Assembly (NCBI GenBank): GCA_049999805.1
Contig: JBNGIO010006370.1
Coordinates: 373,212 to 437,211, forward strand
Direction: 5' to 3'
DNA length: 64,000 nucleotides
Source of the DNA: Folioceros fuciformis
Taxonomy: Eukaryota
Below the pieces are notes generated by a model. It saw nothing but the letters and a program-made list of their open reading frames with translations, made no database searches and was not told where the DNA came from. The stretch's first letter is position 1. The number at the start of each line of letters is the position of its first letter. The position numbers and the translations under genes were made by a program. Shown here piece after piece: positions 56,970 through 64,000 of this stretch.

Positions 56970-59900
56970 CTATTGATTATGCTCGTAGATCTCCTTGACA
57001 AGATTGAAGAGTGTTCCCTCAAGCAGAAAATCAACCATTTCTAATGTATCCAGGCTAGAGATCGGATCATCAGTGTGGACCCGACCGTATTTGCTCCACG
57101 GTACTATCCGACCAGAACTAGATGGAGAAGCAGCAAGTGGGGAGGAAGTCAGATTTCCAGATTCTGCTTTGTCCAGTCTGTGGACCAACTGCTCAATAAC
57201 AACGTGTTTAGCCCCGGCCTTGTCATCGCTTGGTTTGACAAAAGAAGGATGAAGTTTAGGTGATTGGGGTGTCCCTCCACCAGCAGGAACCCGTGCCTCA
57301 GGCTTTGTTACTTTCAAGCTGTCAACAGGGTCCTGTGATGGTGCACTCAAATTAGGCCTTGCTTTAAGCTCCTCATTGAACATCTGCATATGGGGGTCAA
57401 TGTTGTCAAATCCCGGCTCCAACATTTCCTTCTCCAACGATTCCTGAAGCAACTCCAGCAAGCATTTCTGCACCAGCTCATCTCGGAGCTGAATAGGAGT
57501 TTGTTCTGGAGCATCTGCAGTAGCATTTGTCAGCTTCTCGTCTGAAGTTCTGTGAAACTGGTCCTTGATGAAGATTTCAGCGGCCACGGTAAGGTAGAGC
57601 ACACTCTGCAGAGACAGGGCACCACTATAGGTTTGCTCCCTGCTGGCTTCCGACAGCTCGAGCTGTTCCCTTGCCATGATTCTCTCAGCTAGCAGAGGAA
57701 GCCTACGCGCTGCATTCTCTGTCAACGCCACCAGGGATGATTTCCGAGCGAAGGCCTTGTTGTAGGAATTGCTGCCTAGCCTCTTCCAGTTATTCACAAA
57801 GATCTCCTCCTTCGGCTCCTCTATCACCTTTGGCTCAGCAATTATCTCCGGTGGCACCAGCTCAATGTCACAGCGGAGAGTGGTCTGGAAGACTTGTGCA
57901 CGCACACCAGCCCCGAAGATGACCTTACAAACGCAGGAATGCCCGGGCTCCAAAACGCCGGAGGAGGGCACCACAGAAAACTCACCATACACCATGGCCT
58001 CTGTGGCCATATTGTTATGCCAGAAAAAGGCAATCCGTTCCTCCTGCAGCAGGTTCTTCACGGCCACCAGCTTTCTGTTCCAGGATAGCTCCTCTATTCT
58101 ACCAAAATTGATGAACTCGGTGGATAGCTTTGCACTGTCACCTGGCCACTCGAAGGTGGTGTTCTCAGACAATTTCGGTTGATTTCTCTCTAGGGGGCAT
58201 GGGCAATCTTCACCAGCATGATATCCTATTGCCTTTAAGAAAATCAAACCTGCTTCATGTCCTTCGACCGTGACAGGAATTCTGGCTTCATACAAAATGG
58301 CTTCAACAGGCCGAAAGAGGAAGTTGAGTAGAATGAACTCCCTGGCAGGAATGGACCCAGCAGGGTTGAGACAAGACAGAACTTGGAACCCCCAGTTTTG
58401 CTCCTCCAGGTCATCCAATGGACTCAAGTCCAGGGTGTAGCATATGTCAGAGTCACCGTTATTCCGGAGTTCCACAGTTTGCAAGGGAGGATCATTGTCC
58501 CCAAGGACCACTGGCTGAAGATAATGAATATCAGCTGGGGCGATGGCATGGCTGTATTTCGCACTCTCCCAAGTCCAGACGGGAGGTGGGTTTGGCAAGG
58601 TCTTTCCAGAGAGATTTATCGGTGTGGTCCGACCATCATTTACTTCCAGAAGAATCGGCAGAATATGTGTTCCCTCCTTGCTATGCTTGTAAGTGAGCTT
58701 AATGAACTGGACGTCTCCAGGCTTCAGTCGGCCCTCACGTGGCTCCACTTCGAATAACCTGTTCATCTTCGCATCCAGAAACGCTGTCTCCTCTGGGCTT
58801 GGATCGCCTTCTCTCACCCAGTTTTCGGTGTCCGCCTCCCTATCGTTCCAGATCCTCACTTTCCAAATTGCTGGGAGCCCACCCTGACATTTCACTGCGA
58901 AGTGGACTGTTGTATGCTTTGATCCCTTGCTCCGAGCACCAAACTCCAGAATAAATGGTGTCATTGTAGTCAGTATTGCACCCATACAAAACAGAGATTT
59001 TCCTTTCACTTTGTCCGTCGACAAGATGTGATTCAAGGTGCTGACTCGGATCTCTCTCCATAGCTGAGCTCCGCTCATATCCTCACTTTTCACACCCACG
59101 ATCTTGAGTGCAGGGTACCTCGCAATGGCATCGATGGAGAAGCAAGAGTCAAAGTCAACAGAATCAGTTTGGGCTTCATAGTTCCTTTCAATGCGAGGAA
59201 TCCCTGGGATTGCAGGTAAAATTTCATAGGAGTCTGGAAAGGATGCCGTGCAGACCATTTCTATGGAGAAGGTGATGGGTTCTATGGTTTTCACTGTGAT
59301 GACCACTGGCTGGAAGGACCTGGCAGGAATGAAGGCGCTTGGAGTGTCAAAAATAATGCAGACTAGATTTTCTATTGACTCCTCCTCAGGGCTTCTCAAT
59401 TTAAGCTCATACTGGAGCCCTCCTTCACTGGGGTTGTAGAGGCTCACAGTTACCTTCTTCTCAATACCCACCACGATGATCCCGAGATCCACGACCTCGG
59501 GTCGGATTCGTATCGTGTCCACAATTCCTTCTCCGTGAGCTACCAGTTTGATGGTGTCAAAATACTCTGTGCTTGGCATGGTCTGCAGAGCGATAGCATT
59601 GTTCGCATAGTACGCTTTTTCTGTGCAAGCTGCTGTAAGACATGTGACGTTACATGTGTAGTGTTTCTTCTTGTGTGGAGAAAATGAGCAGTTCAAATAT
59701 ATCTTTTCCTTCCCACGGATCAACCCCGAAGGATTGTCCATAGCAAATATGTCTTTGTACTTGGGAGGAATGTCCCACTGATATTGAGAAGCAATACCAG
59801 AAGTGTTATACATGACGAATGTTTGAAGAACTCTGGTTCCAACACTCGTTGGTTTGAAGCACATGCAAGAGTCATCTTCAACCTTGACCTGGCCATTTCA

Positions 59901-62900
59901 TCAAGCTTCCGCAAGTCAGATCGACAGACAATATCCAGGTGTGCCACAAACATCAGCGCTCTTTTTTGATGCAGTCAAGGTGAATGATGGCAAGCCGAAA
60001 GGGAAATTTGACTGTGCTGAGTGGAACACCTTAGGTAAATGGCTGCTTGCAGTAAGTGACACCACCAGAAAGTCCCGTACGGCATTGTTGAATACGCACG
60101 TCACCTTATTCTGGTAGACCTTCGCTATCTTTGACTCGAATTTAAAAGTTATTATTCGGAGACTATCTCCTGGAATGACGCCTTCACTGGGCACCAAGGA
60201 AAACTCTGGAAGAAGTTCACCGCAGTTGAACGCAAATCTGAGAGCACCCAGCCCACCACCCTCCGTAAGCCTAGCGGGAATTATCAATATCTGATCATTC
60301 GCAACGAATCAAAAGGTCACAGAAGTCGTCCAATGCATTTCAACCACGGGCATCTTCAGCCTTACACATGACGCAGATTGTGGAGGAGCACTGACACATC
60401 ATAATTACAAGTAGTACCTCAGAGGAATTTTGGCTTTGTTGTAAAGTGTTGTGTTCTGGTAGACAGGATGGTTCACCAGCACACCGCGGAAGAAGACATG
60501 CTCGGGGTGAAAGCTGACCCCCAAAGGTACAAACTCTTGTGACCTGAAATGAAAGCTGTGCCCAGATGCTTGCACACATCCTGACCAAGGTGGTGAAATT
60601 GCACACTGCTTGGCACCCAAATCACAGTTGTCATACACTAGGACGGTCAACAGCTTTGAATAATAAGCATTCGTATCGATTGGTGCAAAAGTGGCACTGA
60701 ATGTGAATGCGGCACCCATAGGTATGTCAGCTCGGCGAGGAAAAACTTGAAAGACAGGATCGTTTTCTTCGGGTTTGGGTTGCATTGGTGCACCATAGAC
60801 TTTGATCACAGGGAACTGCTTAAGTCGCGGTGGTATATCCTCTGGAGGTGTCTCCACGAGCCAAAGACAAGTCAATAGAGTATCAGAATTATTGGTCAAA
60901 GTGATATGCTTCACTTCTGACATTTCCCCAGATGATCCAGCTCCGAAGTCCAAGTGTGATACGTCAATTGTTACTGGCTCCCAGTCCACCATCCTCCCAA
61001 GAAAGAGCTCTTCCCACACTGCCTGTGCGGAGTCCTCTTTCCCGAGGTGAATTTGCTTGTGCTTCAATACAAGGCCTTTGTTATTGCCAAGTATCATATT
61101 TGTATCAAGAGACGCAAAGTCACCAGGACCTGGCATTTCATCTGTCAACACATAACTGTTCTGACGGACTTTTTTAGAGGGTTCCAGCACGTTTTGGACG
61201 TATGTATTGGAGCATCGAGGACCGACGTCCCTGAAGCTTATGGTCGACTTCCTTTCTAGATCCAAGGCTACCTTCACTTGCCTCATTCCGTCATCCTCTG
61301 TGATATCAACCCTTTTTATATGTGGCAAGATCAATGCATGCCCAACGTTGATCAAGTCAGTGCCAAGGCTACATAAATTGCCCCAACTCACACGTGCCAC
61401 AGGTCGGGGTTTTTTAGGCGCATGTGCTGTTTCGACCAAATCATCTTTATCCTGATCCTCAAACTGGATAGCCTCAAGCTGGTGGGCTATGGCCGTCTTC
61501 ACATAGGCTCTGTGCTGATCAACATGGTATTGCATGAGTGTCGGCTGCCTTAATGTTTCTTTGAAGCAGGTCCCAATAAAGTCGCAGTAAAGTGGGTAGT
61601 TGTCCTGCACCACACAGAAGACTCGCTGATAGTAGTTCCTAGCCTCGATTGGTTTAAAGTGAATTGTGACTGTGGTAGGTCGCTTAGCGCGAATAGTGCC
61701 CCTGTCAGTCACAAACTCAAAAACTACACCACCCTCTGGTACAAATTGAAAGTTGACAGGCACATCTGATTGATTGTCCAATGTAATAGCACGTGCAACA
61801 GTATCCCCAAGCTCCAAGCTGCCAAAATCCATGGAAAACGTGGAAATCGTCACGGCAGGTCGAGCAGCAGTGCCCGAGCAGGTGAAACAAACACGACTAG
61901 TTGTATTAACAACAATCTCAAATTGCTCTAGGGAGAAGGTGCCGGCACATACAGGAGTGTAACATACCTGCGGAGACCCACGAAGGCCATATAAGTCAAA
62001 CACAACTACTGGCTTCTTGAAAATGAATGGTCTTCATACACATTCTTCTTGTCAAAGAGAGAGCGGAAAAGTAAAAGTATAAGGACTGATCAATGCCTGT
62101 TTAACACACCTTGAGAGTAATGCATGAAGTTGGCCCAATGGTTCCCTCAGTAGGATGTATAGAGAACACAGAGCTAGCACCAAACTGGTCATCATTTTCA
62201 GCTCTACGAACCCAGAACATTGCCGAAACAATGGATGTATTTGTGACCACCATTTGCATGTCCTTGGACGAGTTAACAAGCACGTGTCCAAAGACGAGGG
62301 CACCTGGTGAGAGCGAGAGAACGGGAAATTTTCCAATCCCTGTCATCCTCACCTCTGTCGTCGAGCCCACTGATGTTGTAACGAAAGCCTGGATGATGAA
62401 TTCTAAGTGAGATACAATGTTCAGTATTTGCTGAATCCATCAAGTAGATCGCAAGTCTGCAGGTATCAAGACGAGAGACATGATTGACCGCCGTGGAACT
62501 GGCCTGTTGCAACGATTACAGAGAGAAGCATCTAGTGAAACATCCTGGTGGAGCTGACAGTTGGTGTTAACCTTGGAGACGTACGCAGAGGCATCCTTTG
62601 GGTTAAATCTGCAAACTAGACTGGTAGAGTCTTTGGGCAGTATGGTTCCAGCCTCTGGAATCATGTGAAACGGAAGCTTCACATTCCATTGATAGGCCAC
62701 AGGCACGTCCCCATTGTTGGTAACTTGATATTTCTTGTCCGTAAACTCGTTCACAGTGCAGTAGCCAAAGTCGAAAGCCTTTGGAAAGCCGAGGTCAATT
62801 TGAGGAAGCGAACCCTTCAGTATAAGAGTCCACTTCCACTGCCAAAACGACCACCCTCAGAGGAGTTTCTACAACTCTGGCCGTCGTATCAAAGGCTCGA

Positions 62901-63524
62901 AACCAATGTGCACGCCTCAACATGCTTCCAGCACAGATCATTACCTTTGCCGTAACAAACTCTACACTGCTTTTATAGTTCACGAGGTGGGTGGGCCTGA
63001 AAACAATGTCCATCGTTGCACTAGTTCCTGGGCTCAGCCTGGCAGGCTCCTTGAACTCCATGAGAAAATGTGGCGATGCAGGAGGCTTCCACTGAAAGGT
63101 CTGTCGATCATTTGACAACACCGCCCCCCGTCCCCGCTATTACACAAATGGTCTTGAAGGCACAAAAATATACACAGTGCGAGCCTCTCAAAAGTGTTAG
63201 CAATACCAGCGTCCGCCTGCCCACGTTCTTAATCACAAAACTTTTCCTGTTCTTCTCTCCAGGGTACCAGTGCCGCCATTCTAAGTAAGTGGGGCATTCG
63301 ATGCCCAGCTGCATCCTTCTCAGGAACTTGGTGGGATAATTCAGTGCCTTCACGTACAAATGCCTCTTTGGCAGATACACAGTCTCCGTGGGCCCCAGGG
63401 GCGCATAAAACTTCTTGTCCTCCTCTTTCACTTGTGACATCCGTCTCCTGAGGTCCTCCAACTCCATGATCCCACTTTGCCTCTCCATCTCCCCTGACAA
63501 CGACTTCCTCCGCTCTGCCTCCAT
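56970..63524 (-). CDS. CFAP65: Cilia- and flagella-associated protein 65 homologue (Ig-like ASH/hydin-type repeats), multi-exon
   Basis: GIECPTYLEWRHWYPG..KNV, EPARLSPG..VFRP, repeated DFG..N.S motifs, NYYQRVFCVV, YKHS.EGTHILP, ENWGFQVLSCLNPAG, FRPVEA. Confidence 0.8.
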
Positions 63525-64000
63525 CTCTTAAAGATCCCGCCTCACGAAAACGTAAAAAAATGAATTTCCCCGCCACTGCTGGTCAGTCGTCAGCAGTCCA
63601 CAAGGGTGGAGCCAGTCCTTCCATGACAAGGCCCGTGTGCATCCATCTCCACAGACCTTAGCAAACTGAGGGCAGCAAACTGAGAACAGCAGTTGCATTC
63701 TTCATTGAAAAGGGACCAGGTGTCTGTCACAGCCAACCATATTCACATCAGATCATGAGCATGCGCCATGTGGTTGCTTGCTTGCTTGTCTGCTTGCTGC
63801 CGAACCGAACATCCATCGTGGAAGGGTGGCTGGTCTGCATATGCTCTGCCTTTCTCCTTGAACCCTAACAGTGTCTGGACTTTTAATTGGTCTGCCTATT
63901 GGTCCTGGTTTGGTCCTTTGTCTTCCAGCGCGCTCGTTTCAAGACAACACATACTCGCTCTAGACACCCAACTCGGTGGTGACGGGATGGAATTTACTCA

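Overview
Gene-dense nuclear DNA of an early-diverging land plant, most likely a hornwort (inference from the DYW:KP/'GRP'-type PPR genes, introns of about 90-110 nt and a CFAP65 flagellar gene). The first ~16 kb is a birth-and-death cluster of PLS-class PPR genes with the non-canonical DYW:KP domain (KPA, HAE...CSDC, C-terminal GRP/GRL), the class associated with U-to-C organellar RNA editing. It holds 3 intact genes and 3 pseudogenic remnants, with an AT-rich pectin methylesterase gene in the middle. The most striking observation is an OSB-type 'PDF' motif (an organellar ssDNA-binding motif) fused N-terminally to the first PPR-DYW:KP protein and decayed in its paralogues. Further on are three DYW-less PPR-E+ genes (one with extended L repeats), a vicilin-like gene, an EEP-family gene, a short VAPYRIN-family gene, a P-loop+Macro gene lacking the aprataxin HIT part, a TPR protein, an intronless PDI, ATP synthase g, IPK1, an IQD gene, a decayed TE patch (Harbinger transposase, CRE-like retroelement with a nested insertion), an NDB-type dehydrogenase and CFAP65. 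There are two assembly gaps (31125-31224, 42160-42559). All family calls come from motif recognition by eye, with no database searches.
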